A stretch of DNA of 64,000 bases from a virus (IMGVR_UViG_3300028914_001625:18751-82750), one strand, 5' to 3'. Counted from the first letter of the stretch, positions 55,260-63,917 are shown. Notes: generated by a model not told the origin, from the letters alone. A program made the numbers and translations.

Positions 55260-56375
55260 TTAGGCTGACCACCCGCCAGCGTCAGCCTTAATTTCCTGCT
55301 TCCTTATGTCATTTTTCTTTTTACGACATGCCTGTTGAATACCGCAGGCATACTTGACTTGTTTAGGAAGAATCTCTTTAAGAAGATCTAAGCATTCATC
55401 TTCTGTTAACTGTCCTGTAGCGAAGTCTGGCACAATTCTTGCTTCTTGCATTCTAACCATGTCCGCACGGGCGAAGGTCATGACATTATTTCTCTGACCA
55501 ATTCGGACAACAAGATTAAAGACCATCTTGCCAGTTTCAGTGTTCCATCCGACTTCCTCAAATCCTAAAGAAATACCGGAAGTTCTGAACTGATGGCAGA
55601 ACAGTGCAGTAAGACCTTGATGTTCATCAGATGAGAAGAGCTTTTTCTCAATCTTTGCTTTTCTGTCTGACTTGTATCTGATAATGTCATCAATGTCATG
55701 ATCTGAAATGAGCTTTTCATCGCATGCTTTCCAAACATCTTTTCCATACTTGAGCTTCTTGATGTTCTTGGTGATACGATTATACATCTTTTCAGTACTG
55801 ACATTCATATAGACGCGCATCTGAACTTCACCTTCTTTCCAGCCTCTGCGAGAGTGAGCAACTATTCCCACTGCTTCATTCGGAGCATTCATCTTTGCAT
55901 TGATGTGAGGCTCAACAGAATCATTAAGAGTTACGGAGTTGATGACACGAGCGACTGGACCACCACTTCCTACCTTTGGAAGAGTGTAATGATTAGCTTC
56001 ATTTCTGAACGCATCAGGATCTTCTCCGGAGTCATAGATGTAAGTAAGACCGGAGTCAGCCATGATAGACTTGACTTTGTCAAGGAAAGCGTTTCGCATT
56101 GGTGTGTAAGCAAGATTCGTTTTGCCATCTTCAAGCGGAATGTACTTGATGCGGTCTTTTGTGTTTGCTTTAATGAGAAGATTTCTGGCATTCTCTTTGC
56201 CGATTATCTCATTCAAAGTTCTTTTAGCGATGAAAGGAAATAATGTTTCCCTCAGTATGTTTTCCCATTCAGGCATTATTATGTCTCCTAGTAAATAATC
56301 AAACATTTCTTCCATTGGCACATGAGCAACCAAGTACCAAAAGTCTTGTGCATAATCTATAAAATTCTGTCTCAT
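55260..56375 (-). CDS. hypothetical protein, array member (MRQNF...), 371 aa
   Basis: ATGA overlap start; ends NDIRKQEIKADAGGWSA. Confidence 0.8.
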   Translation of the reverse strand: MRQNFIDYAQDFWYLVAHVPMEEMFDYLLGDIIMPEWENILRETLFPFIAKRTLNEIIGKENARNLLIKANTKDRIKYIPLEDGKTNLAYTPMRNAFLDKVKSIMADSGLTYIYDSGEDPDAFRNEANHYTLPKVGSGGPVARVINSVTLNDSVEPHINAKMNAPNEAVGIVAHSRRGWKEGEVQMRVYMNVSTEKMYNRITKNIKKLKYGKDVWKACDEKLISDHDIDDIIRYKSDRKAKIEKKLFSSDEHQGLTALFCHQFRTSGISLGFEEVGWNTETGKMVFNLVVRIGQRNNVMTFARADMVRMQEARIVPDFATGQLTEDECLDLLKEILPKQVKYACGIQQACRKKKNDIRKQEIKADAGGWSA

Positions 56376-56815
56376 ATTTCCCAATTGATGCGTCTTAATC
56401 TTGCTGCAATCATTTCGTCAAGATCTTCTCGTTCACAGGCGTTGAACTCGCTTTCATAGATAGAAAGCACGATTTCATCCCACCCATTATCAACAAGCAC
56501 ATTTATTTTAATGTCTTTAAGTTCATTTGCTGGGCCTTCAAAAATTGGGAAGAACTTAAAGTCGTTTCCCGTCATTATGCCGCCTAACGGCCAAGTAAGA
56601 CGGCCTTCTTTAACATCACGGACTACTTGCAGTGAAGGCGGTTTTTTCCTCTTCATGCCCAAGTTGCTACCTGGGTTCCAAGGACTTATGATTAGCGCAT
56701 ACCAGAAAATCTTAAGAAAGAGTTTCTGACATTCATCACGTCGTTCTCTTTCAAAGTTTCTTGTATCTATTGCAGCGACATAATTTGTCAATACAAAGTA
56801 TTCACGCGGTGTCAT
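56372..56815 (-). CDS. hypothetical protein, weak array member (MTPREYF...), 147 aa
   Basis: ATGA overlap; ends AARLRRINWEI. Confidence 0.75.
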   Translation of the reverse strand: MTPREYFVLTNYVAAIDTRNFERERRDECQKLFLKIFWYALIISPWNPGSNLGMKRKKPPSLQVVRDVKEGRLTWPLGGIMTGNDFKFFPIFEGPANELKDIKINVLVDNGWDEIVLSIYESEFNACEREDLDEMIAARLRRINWEI

Positions 56816-57270
56816 CTTGCATCCCACATATAAGCAGCCTTCTTGATGGCTTCTTTCTTTGCTTTAAGTTCATCTTTCTTCAAATCAGCACTAAGCAAAA
56901 TAAGAGCATCTTCATAGTCTTGAATTGCTTTTCTGATTCTGCCTCTTGCCCACTCAAAATGTTCAGGACGACGATAACGATAGGTTACCATTGACTTTGT
57001 CTCGCCGTCTTTATCAATGAATGTAGTTCTGATAATGCGTCCGCTGAAGGCATGATAAGTAAAGCCATGAACTACGTCAAGTTCATCAATAGCATGTCCT
57101 TTTCTAAAACACTTCTTTGATTGTGAATAATTACTAAGCTCAGCGATGACCATTTTTGTCCCAGATACATTATTCGGCGACTGATAAGACCATTCATCAT
57201 TCCACTTAGATGCTTTCACAAGTCCTTCACTGCGAAGCATGTCTTCAATCTTTTTCTTATAATCTATCAT
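56812..57270 (-). CDS. hypothetical protein, array member, 152 aa
   Basis: Ends ELKAKKEAIKKAAYMWDAR. Confidence 0.8.
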   Translation of the reverse strand: MIDYKKKIEDMLRSEGLVKASKWNDEWSYQSPNNVSGTKMVIAELSNYSQSKKCFRKGHAIDELDVVHGFTYHAFSGRIIRTTFIDKDGETKSMVTYRYRRPEHFEWARGRIRKAIQDYEDALILLSADLKKDELKAKKEAIKKAAYMWDAR

Positions 57271-57686
57271 ACTATCCAGCCTTCTTGCGCTGTTTCAATT
57301 TCTTCCATGTGCTGAATCTTCTTTTGCTCAACTGCCCACCTTTCGCACCTAGCTTTTGTTTCTTTCAAATTCTTCTTAAGAAACTTAAGGTGTTCTTTCA
57401 TCTTTTCAAAGTCTGCAGGCTGGTCATATCTGAACTTTAACTCAGTAGTCCAAGATGCAGGATATCTGGTTCTGTGTGCAAGATACTTGGTCTTATATGC
57501 CTTAATGACAAGATGCCCATCTTCTATGTCGCATTCAAATTCAGTCGGCATTTCAACAATCTTATCAACCGCATCTTTGACAGTTAAGATTTCCAAGCCA
57601 TCATAAGACCAGATGTCTTCCCAGCTTGAAGTAGTTAAGCCATACTCACAAAGCAGCTCTACAAGTTTCTTACGATGGTTTTTCAT
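57267..57686 (-). CDS. hypothetical protein, array member, 139 aa
   Basis: Ends KKIQHMEEIETAQEGWIV. Confidence 0.8.
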   Translation of the reverse strand: MKNHRKKLVELLCEYGLTTSSWEDIWSYDGLEILTVKDAVDKIVEMPTEFECDIEDGHLVIKAYKTKYLAHRTRYPASWTTELKFRYDQPADFEKMKEHLKFLKKNLKETKARCERWAVEQKKIQHMEEIETAQEGWIV

Positions 57687-58076
57687 TTAAATTTCCCAAT
57701 CAGAAGTGGAGTTTCTTATTTCTCTTTTCTTTGCATTTACTTCAAGTCGCTTAAAGTAAGCGACCGCTTTTGCTTGCGCATCATCAAACTCTTTCTTTAC
57801 TTTAAGTATCTGCGCCTTGATGTCTAAAAGAGAATCATTCTCATAGTTGAAAGACACAGTGTCTAACTTACCATTTGAATCCTTCCTGTAATAGACAGTA
57901 CCATCATTGTAATAGAATCCTACAGGAAGAGTAATTGTGCGAGGTGAGAACTTGACCAATGCAAAGTCAGCAGATTCATAACGCCAGTTCGTTGTTGTCT
58001 CATTGAAACTGTGTGACTCTGTATCAGTGCATCCTAGTTCACGAAGGAATGCAGATATTTCAGATAATCTTGTCAT
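57687..58076 (-). CDS. hypothetical protein, array member (MTRLSEI...), 129 aa
   Basis: TAATG overlap start; ends VNAKKREIRNSTSDWEI. Confidence 0.8.
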   Translation of the reverse strand: MTRLSEISAFLRELGCTDTESHSFNETTTNWRYESADFALVKFSPRTITLPVGFYYNDGTVYYRKDSNGKLDTVSFNYENDSLLDIKAQILKVKKEFDDAQAKAVAYFKRLEVNAKKREIRNSTSDWEI

Positions 58077-58303
58077 TAGTCTTTCCACTGCTTTCTTGCA
58101 TCGTGACCCTTACCGGCATTCCAATTCCACGGTTCACCAGTCGGGTCGTTCCAATCATTACCAAGTGCGGTCCCATCAGGACCAGTCAGCAAGCAAGTGT
58201 CATCGTCAGGTTCCATGCCGCTCATCAGTTGCTTGTTTGTGCGTCTGATGTTTCGGTTGTAACTCTGCTTCCACTTTTTGCCGTTATTATCTGCGTGACT
58301 CAT
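58076..58303 (-). CDS. hypothetical protein, 75 aa
   Basis: GAGG RBS; Trp/Asp-rich. Confidence 0.7.
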   Translation of the reverse strand: MSHADNNGKKWKQSYNRNIRRTNKQLMSGMEPDDDTCLLTGPDGTALGNDWNDPTGEPWNWNAGKGHDARKQWKD

Positions 58304-58311
58304 ATTTCCTC

Positions 58312-58470
58312 TTAGACTGCGTATTCAAGTCCACAATCTCTGATTTCTCTAAGATGATCTTGCTTCTCGCTTTCCTTCAGCATCTTTAACCATTCGTCAA
58401 CATCGGGAAGCGTCTTGTAGCCCATTTCAACTACTTTAATTACTGTGCTTAGCCGTTCCGTCGTTTCCAT
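58312..58470 (-). CDS. 52-aa array member (METTERLSTVIKVVEMGYKTLPDVDEWLKMLKESEKQDHLREIRDCGLEYAV)
   Basis: Hand translation; below the ORF-track cutoff; carries the full C-terminal motif. Confidence 0.7.
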   Translation of the reverse strand: METTERLSTVIKVVEMGYKTLPDVDEWLKMLKESEKQDHLREIRDCGLEYAV

Positions 58471-58798
58471 CTTTTATCCATCCTGCTTTTCTTTTAAGGC
58501 GGTAAGCCTCTTCTTCATTCTTTCTGATAAAAAGCAGGAGACTGTCCACTTCTTTCTCCCTACTTTCTTTGTATCGTTTGACCCAATAGGTAGAGTCTGC
58601 ATTTGCCTTCACAAGCAGCGAACGATACTGGTCCTCAGCCAGGCACTCGCCCAAGATCTTATTCTTGATGATGACTTCTGTCGTTTTAGCGACAAGCGCC
58701 TCATCGTGTTCTTTAACCTTTTTAGGCAGATAAATGGCAACTCCTACAAAGACCGTAATGATAACGACGTAGATAGCAATGAGTTTCACAATATCCAT
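58436..58798 (-). CDS. membrane-anchored protein, 120 aa
   Basis: N-terminal TM helix IAIYVVIITVFVGVAIYL. Confidence 0.75.
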   Translation of the reverse strand: MDIVKLIAIYVVIITVFVGVAIYLPKKVKEHDEALVAKTTEVIIKNKILGECLAEDQYRSLLVKANADSTYWVKRYKESREKEVDSLLLFIRKNEEEAYRLKRKAGWIKDGNDGTAKHSN

Positions 58799-58813
58799 AG
58801 ATGCGCCTCCCGG

Positions 58814-59326
58814 TTATCCCAAATAGTCCACTTCAATGCCATGTTCTGCATTGACTTTAAATCTTACTGCTCGCTTTTCATTCGGGTCAACCGAAATGCG
58901 AACCTTGTTGACCACCAACTCAAGGAACCCGTGCTTTCTGATACATGCCAACAGCGACAGAACGCCGTTCCACTCGATGCACTGGAGGTCAAAGGAAAGA
59001 TACCCGCTGTCCATAGAGACGCCTTCAGGATTCCAAGAATAGCAAAGTTTCGGATTCACAACGAAGTCATTCATATGAACCACCACTTGAACATTTTCAA
59101 TCGAGTCTGCCACAAGCACCTTACGGTAAGGATTTTCATCACGGTCAAGTTCCGCAGCAAGTTCAGGAATACCAATCCGATAATCAAAGTAGACGCTTTC
59201 TCCATCGCAGAAGACCGTCACGCTTCCGTCTTGGTCTCCGTCAATAGTGCAAGCGCAGTCCGGGGTAGAATACTTCTTAAGAAGCATAGCAAGATCCACC
59301 AGCATGTTCTTCATGTTTTCTTTCAT
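58814..59326 (-). CDS. hypothetical protein, 170 aa
   Basis: GGAG RBS; first gene after the promoter. Confidence 0.8.
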   Translation of the reverse strand: MKENMKNMLVDLAMLLKKYSTPDCACTIDGDQDGSVTVFCDGESVYFDYRIGIPELAAELDRDENPYRKVLVADSIENVQVVVHMNDFVVNPKLCYSWNPEGVSMDSGYLSFDLQCIEWNGVLSLLACIRKHGFLELVVNKVRISVDPNEKRAVRFKVNAEHGIEVDYLG

Positions 59327-59356
59327 TTATCGGCTCCTTGTTGAGTTGTTTTCCAT

Positions 59357-59394
59357 TACGTAGTAAAAATAACAATTTTTGCCCATTCTGTAAA
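59357..59394 (-). promoter_or_regulatory. sigma70-type promoter (TTTACA-17-TATTTT, then TACTACGTA)
   Basis: -35 at 59389-59394, -10 at 59366-59371. Confidence 0.8.
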
Positions 59395-59430
59395 TACCAG
59401 CCAGCTAAAATTCTTATCTATCTTTCCAAA

Positions 59431-59898
59431 CTACTTAGCATTCCAATTTCTAACACAGTCCCTTATTTCTTCTTTCTGCCTTCTCTTTCTATCTTCCATC
59501 AACCTCTTATTCCTTTCAATCACAAGTCTGTCTAATTGTCTAACTTGCTCTACAATGTCCTTAAACATCTCTTCTCTATTTTCCAAATCATACTTACGCG
59601 GACTATATCTTCCGTCATTATTCTTTAAAATCTTATACCATACTGGATGCAGACTAAAATCATGGTTAACCCACATTTCCGTAATACTTCCCATCCAATC
59701 TACAAAGACCACCTGTATCTCTTTCTCTTCTTCAACATATCCATCCTGCAAATCAGGATTAGAATAATACCACTTTCTTCTATTCCCTACATCATAACTA
59801 TATAGTCCTATCTTTTCTAATCTTTTATAAATGGATTCTTTCATTTTGCCATTCATAATCATATTCATTTCTATTTGACTCAATTGACTCATTTCCAA
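59431..59898 (-). CDS. hypothetical protein, array member, 155 aa
   Basis: GGAG RBS; ends KRRQKEEIRDCVRNWNAK. Confidence 0.75.
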   Translation of the reverse strand: MEMSQLSQIEMNMIMNGKMKESIYKRLEKIGLYSYDVGNRRKWYYSNPDLQDGYVEEEKEIQVVFVDWMGSITEMWVNHDFSLHPVWYKILKNNDGRYSPRKYDLENREEMFKDIVEQVRQLDRLVIERNKRLMEDRKRRQKEEIRDCVRNWNAK

Positions 59899-60667
59899 AT
59901 ATCTCCTTTAATATCCCAGAATAAACAACATATCAACAAACACACCTAAAAATCTCAATCTCAACCCATCTTAACTACTCAGAATTTTTTTCCGGCCCAT
60001 ATACATCAAAAAAGCACTATTTATTACACAAAATCCAAAATCTCGGGAATCTCACCCATATACAGTCAACTACCCATCTTACAGCGTTCTGTCGTCAAAA
60101 ATACGATTTATCAACATTTTATCAACATTTTTCCAAAATGTTTCTAATTCTTTATCAACAACACACCTATATTTTTCCGAACTATTCATTCAACTACTCA
60201 GAATTTTTTTCCGAGCCCACTAAAATCCGAAAAGTCTAGAAACTATATATAGAAGAAGACTTAAGTTTTTTCCGAAGACCTTATGAGGGAGATCTTTCTC
60301 TTTCTATATTAACAATAAACCATTCTTCAACATAGTAGCGATTTTTTTCTACGGACCTTAGGAGAGACATCTTTCTCTGTCTGTTAGTCCATAGCTTTGC
60401 TGGCAAAACTGGGTGGGGGTAGACGTTTGCCTTAATACATTTTTTCAAAGTTTAGCAAGTCAGTTTTCAGCAACAGTCAAAATACCCATACAGGTTTCCT
60501 GTCAAAAACCATGTCAAAATCACAATTCTTAAAGACCGCCTCTTTCGTCATCTATAAGCGCCTCTTTCTCCTCTAAAATAAATAGAAATGTACATATATT
60601 AGTACTCAAACGAGTGGATACGTCAATCGTATCCATTTAATTGTTTTAATTCAATGGAGGTAATAAC
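59899..60667. other. 770-bp AT-rich non-coding region with direct repeats (replication origin or genome-terminus candidate)
   Basis: No ORF of 60 aa or more; 22-bp direct repeat at 59973 and 60192; three TTATCAACA copies; inverted repeat at 60615-60635. Confidence 0.5.
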
Positions 60668-61057
60668 ATGCGACTAATACCACAGATATTGCGATACTAT
60701 CTCGTATTCAATTCAGTACGTTCGTTGTCAGTTGATGTGATGCTAGACCACTGCGACTCCTTCCCCCACTTGCTGCACGTTAAGCAGACGTTGCTCCATG
60801 ATATCCCCAAGGCATACAAGTTGATAGATGATACCCTTGAGGAGCTCGGGAATGGCACGTTCCATTTCAAGTATCGTAGCAGAAAGGAACAGGGAAAGGA
60901 TTACGATCCGATGATACTCTGGGAGGAGGATATAGCAGAGGCTACGTATACTAACTGGCAGCTTATGGAGGTCTGTAGAAATATACGGACGTGGCTATCT
61001 CACCAGCGTCCCTATAAGTATCCAGCCGAGATATACGAATCGTTATACAGTAAATAG
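60668..61057 (+). CDS. hypothetical protein, 129 aa (only + strand gene in the right 29 kb)
   Basis: GGAGG RBS before ATG; convergent with 61043-61792. Confidence 0.65.
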   Translation: MRLIPQILRYYLVFNSVRSLSVDVMLDHCDSFPHLLHVKQTLLHDIPKAYKLIDDTLEELGNGTFHFKYRSRKEQGKDYDPMILWEEDIAEATYTNWQLMEVCRNIRTWLSHQRPYKYPAEIYESLYSK

Positions 61058-61792
61058 ACTACAGCATTCGCGTATCTCCTTCTGGCGTTCTGCCTTCCGG
61101 TGCTCGATGTACTTGCGCTGAACCTTCTTTATATGCTTAGCGATAGTATCAAGGCACTGCTGGCGGAACGCTTTATCTGTATTCAATCGTTCAATCGTCT
61201 GTATCCCGGCGTAAGCAGAACCAGTACGTCTGCCCAGTTCGTCCTTGGTGCAGTCAAGGCCCCAGAGCCATTTGTTCTGTCTGTCCTCTAGCTTCTCGAC
61301 CGAGGGGTGCTCGTACTGGCGGACTATCTGTGCAGCCTCGTCTTCGTATTCCCAGACCAGTTCGTCACCAACCCAGAAATCCAATTCACCAGTGTTCGGC
61401 CAGAACGCAACGATCGTGTCGTCGTCGAGATTCCAATGCTCTTTATCCTTACCGTCGTCAATCAATACCCACGATTCGTTCTCGTGGCTCACTGCATCAA
61501 ATAGCCTGGTAACTGGGTGACTGTAGCCTAGGTCAGCGCATTCCGACTCTGTCATGCACAGCCAATCACAGTCAAGCCTGACCCCGACTTCTGTCCGCCA
61601 GAATTCCTGCAGCTTGAAAGGATCTGGCGTCCACCAGTTGTACTGTTTCTCAGGCTTGTGGCGCCGGTAAAGTCCACAGTCTTGGCATACCTTCGCTACG
61701 TCTTTGTAGAAATCATACGCGAGGCGCCGGTAATACTGTGCGGACTTGTTATGTTCACTGATAATGTCTAATCTGTTGTTTACGATAGTCAT
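61043..61792 (-). CDS. hypothetical protein, array member, 249 aa
   Basis: Ends HRKAERQKEIRECCSLFTV. Confidence 0.8.
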   Translation of the reverse strand: MTIVNNRLDIISEHNKSAQYYRRLAYDFYKDVAKVCQDCGLYRRHKPEKQYNWWTPDPFKLQEFWRTEVGVRLDCDWLCMTESECADLGYSHPVTRLFDAVSHENESWVLIDDGKDKEHWNLDDDTIVAFWPNTGELDFWVGDELVWEYEDEAAQIVRQYEHPSVEKLEDRQNKWLWGLDCTKDELGRRTGSAYAGIQTIERLNTDKAFRQQCLDTIAKHIKKVQRKYIEHRKAERQKEIRECCSLFTV

Positions 61793-61858
61793 ACGTTCGT
61801 CTTCTGCGCGTCTTTAAATAGTTTGCTGTTGAATTATATCAGTAAAAGAAAGGCAGGC

Positions 61859-63130
61859 TTATTTGCCCGCCTGGATGTCTTCAATATCCATCGCAATGTG
61901 CCATTCTTCATTTCTCGTATGATCATAGAGTTTCCAGAGCTTCTCCTCAGCTGCGATGACGCGTCTGACCAGAGCCTTTGCTTCGTCAAGATCGCTGGCA
62001 GTAATAAAGAAGTTGGATTCCTTTCTGCCTCCTCTGATGGCCTTCTGGACCACGGGATGAAAGTTGCCCATTAACGAGTACTTGATGGAGAACTTATCGC
62101 GGGACTGCACAGTCGGCCAGTACTGCACTGTGAAGTACATTTCTGTTTCCTCCGTATATTCCTGCAGGTTCTTATTGAAACGTTTGTCCAACGAATACCA
62201 CTTCGGAATGGCACGCTTGGTGCCTGCGTTGAACCAATCCGTCAAGTCATACTCAAAGTTCTTTTCCTCTGCCTTAAGATCAATAACATCCTTGAGTTTC
62301 TTATCGTAATCGGTATTGAGACTTGGACGTGAAAGGTACATTTTGGCACGTTCTTTGTATAGATCCTTCTGGTCTCGCTGCAGGAACTGTGCGAATGTAT
62401 CGCAATTTCTCCAGAGTTCGTAACGTTCAGCGTTACGCCAGTTCGTAATACTCACAGACCATTTCTGTGGTACATCTCTGGTCGTATCTTCCACGATGAT
62501 ACGAGTCTCGAGACCAGTGCCAGCCAACAGTTCTTTGAGCTGTTCCTCAATGGCGCCAGCAATGTACTCGCCGTTGCTGGACTCGATCTCAGCCTTCTTT
62601 ATCGCTCGCTTAAAGTTGGCAAGCGCCTCCATGTTAGCGAGCTTGCATTTGTTCAGTGTATTGGACTTGTTGATGTACTTGGCGATCTTATCAACCCATC
62701 GCTCGAAGTCTTCGGGATGTCCAAAGGAAATAGTTCGGTCACGGCTGAAGGCGCTGCAATCGTAACGATGGCCGCCCAGCTTTGTCCAGAAACTCATGTT
62801 TCGCTTGCTGTAATGTACTTTGATGTCGCCTGTAGAAACGTAACAGTCAACCTTGCGGTCCTTCATATCTTCCAGACGGATGTATGCCGTCTCGCCGTTT
62901 GTCCATACTCGCCAGTCGAGTTCAAGGCCGTGAGCCTGATCTTCATACTCAGGCATATCGTGCATGTAAACAGACCACGAGTCTTCATAGCCATCACGAG
63001 TCTGGACCACAACGCCTCCGAACCCAACTTGGCCTGCAAGATCGCAGAGCAAGTTAACTCCGTCGTTGAGCTTGCTCTTCATTGGAGTTTTCAGGTTGAG
63101 GGATAAAAGTGCGTTGTAGTCTAGCTTCAT
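61859..63130 (-). CDS. hypothetical protein, 423 aa
   Basis: Long ORF with AGGT RBS. Confidence 0.85.
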   Translation of the reverse strand: MKLDYNALLSLNLKTPMKSKLNDGVNLLCDLAGQVGFGGVVVQTRDGYEDSWSVYMHDMPEYEDQAHGLELDWRVWTNGETAYIRLEDMKDRKVDCYVSTGDIKVHYSKRNMSFWTKLGGHRYDCSAFSRDRTISFGHPEDFERWVDKIAKYINKSNTLNKCKLANMEALANFKRAIKKAEIESSNGEYIAGAIEEQLKELLAGTGLETRIIVEDTTRDVPQKWSVSITNWRNAERYELWRNCDTFAQFLQRDQKDLYKERAKMYLSRPSLNTDYDKKLKDVIDLKAEEKNFEYDLTDWFNAGTKRAIPKWYSLDKRFNKNLQEYTEETEMYFTVQYWPTVQSRDKFSIKYSLMGNFHPVVQKAIRGGRKESNFFITASDLDEAKALVRRVIAAEEKLWKLYDHTRNEEWHIAMDIEDIQAGK

Positions 63131-63140
63131 GTTGTTACCT

Positions 63141-63236
63141 TTAAAGAACGTTGATGATTACGAAAGTGAGCATGTCTGCCGGCAGCTGAGCGACGGCGAG
63201 CATTGCGTTTGTCAAATGATACTTAATCTTTTTCAT
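63141..63236 (-). CDS. 31-aa hydrophobic peptide (MKKIKYHLTNAMLAVAQLPADMLTFVIINVL)
   Basis: GAGGT RBS; fills the gap. The longer track ORF 63141-63545 is an extension over the next gene. Confidence 0.5.
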   Translation of the reverse strand: MKKIKYHLTNAMLAVAQLPADMLTFVIINVL

Positions 63237-63237
63237 G

Positions 63238-63558
63238 TTAGATACCTCTGTAAGAATCTGCCCATTCAAGCATTTCTTCAATCGAGAAAAGGGCATCGGG
63301 TTCAGTGTGTGCAAGATCAATGTTGAAGACTTCATCAACATATTCAACAAAATCGTTCCAATCCTTGGGCTCAATGATATCATCAAGGTAGTTGAGCGTT
63401 GACCAAGCCGGGCCTTTAGCAATCTTATCAAGTTCAGCAGCTGCTTCATCCACTTCTTCAGGGGTGATACTTGCGGAACAGTCAACCGCCAGAACAAATA
63501 GGTCGGGATGTTTTTCTGCCATCTTTTCCATTGCGTATGCTTCAATCTCTTCAGCCAT
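63238..63558 (-). CDS. acidic hypothetical protein with VWA-like LAVDCSAS motif, 106 aa
   Basis: GAGAGG RBS; DxSxS motif after a hydrophobic strand. Confidence 0.7.
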   Translation of the reverse strand: MAEEIEAYAMEKMAEKHPDLFVLAVDCSASITPEEVDEAAAELDKIAKGPAWSTLNYLDDIIEPKDWNDFVEYVDEVFNIDLAHTEPDALFSIEEMLEWADSYRGI

Positions 63559-63560
63559 GA

Positions 63561-63917
63561 TTAGCCTCTCTTCATCTTCTTGTTCAAGGTTTCAACGATC
63601 AGATCAATGGCCGAGTCAATCTTGAGGCCGTTGCAGTCAACAATCTGTCCGCCCATGTGGTCAGACCAGTGATAGCCTTCACTATCGTATCCGACGAAGA
63701 TCTCGTCAATTTCAATCTTGTGCTTTTCAGCAGTAGGCTTAACCTCAAAAAGCGTGGCGTTGATGCAATGACGCAAGCCTTGCTTTTCAGCAGCGAACTT
63801 GAGGTGAAGCGTATTTCCTTCAATGTGACTGGTGAGTCGCTTCAGAATTTCCTTGTTTGATACGGCCCAAGCGCAAGCGAGATTTTCGTAGAATACCGTG
63901 ATGTCCATTTTTGCCAT
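63561..63917 (-). CDS. hypothetical protein (MAKMDIT...), 118 aa
   Basis: GAGG RBS before ATG 63917. Confidence 0.75.
   Translation of the reverse strand: MAKMDITVFYENLACAWAVSNKEILKRLTSHIEGNTLHLKFAAEKQGLRHCINATLFEVKPTAEKHKIEIDEIFVGYDSEGYHWSDHMGGQIVDCNGLKIDSAIDLIVETLNKKMKRG

Noticed and set aside
59899-60667. CRISPR mini-array
   Set aside because: Only two copies of the 22-bp repeat, about 220 bp apart, with no regular repeat-spacer periodicity and no cas genes.
63141-63545. 134-aa ORF overlapping 63238-63558
   Set aside because: Out-of-frame overlap with a gene that has a good RBS; only its last 31 codons (63141-63236) are plausible as a separate peptide.
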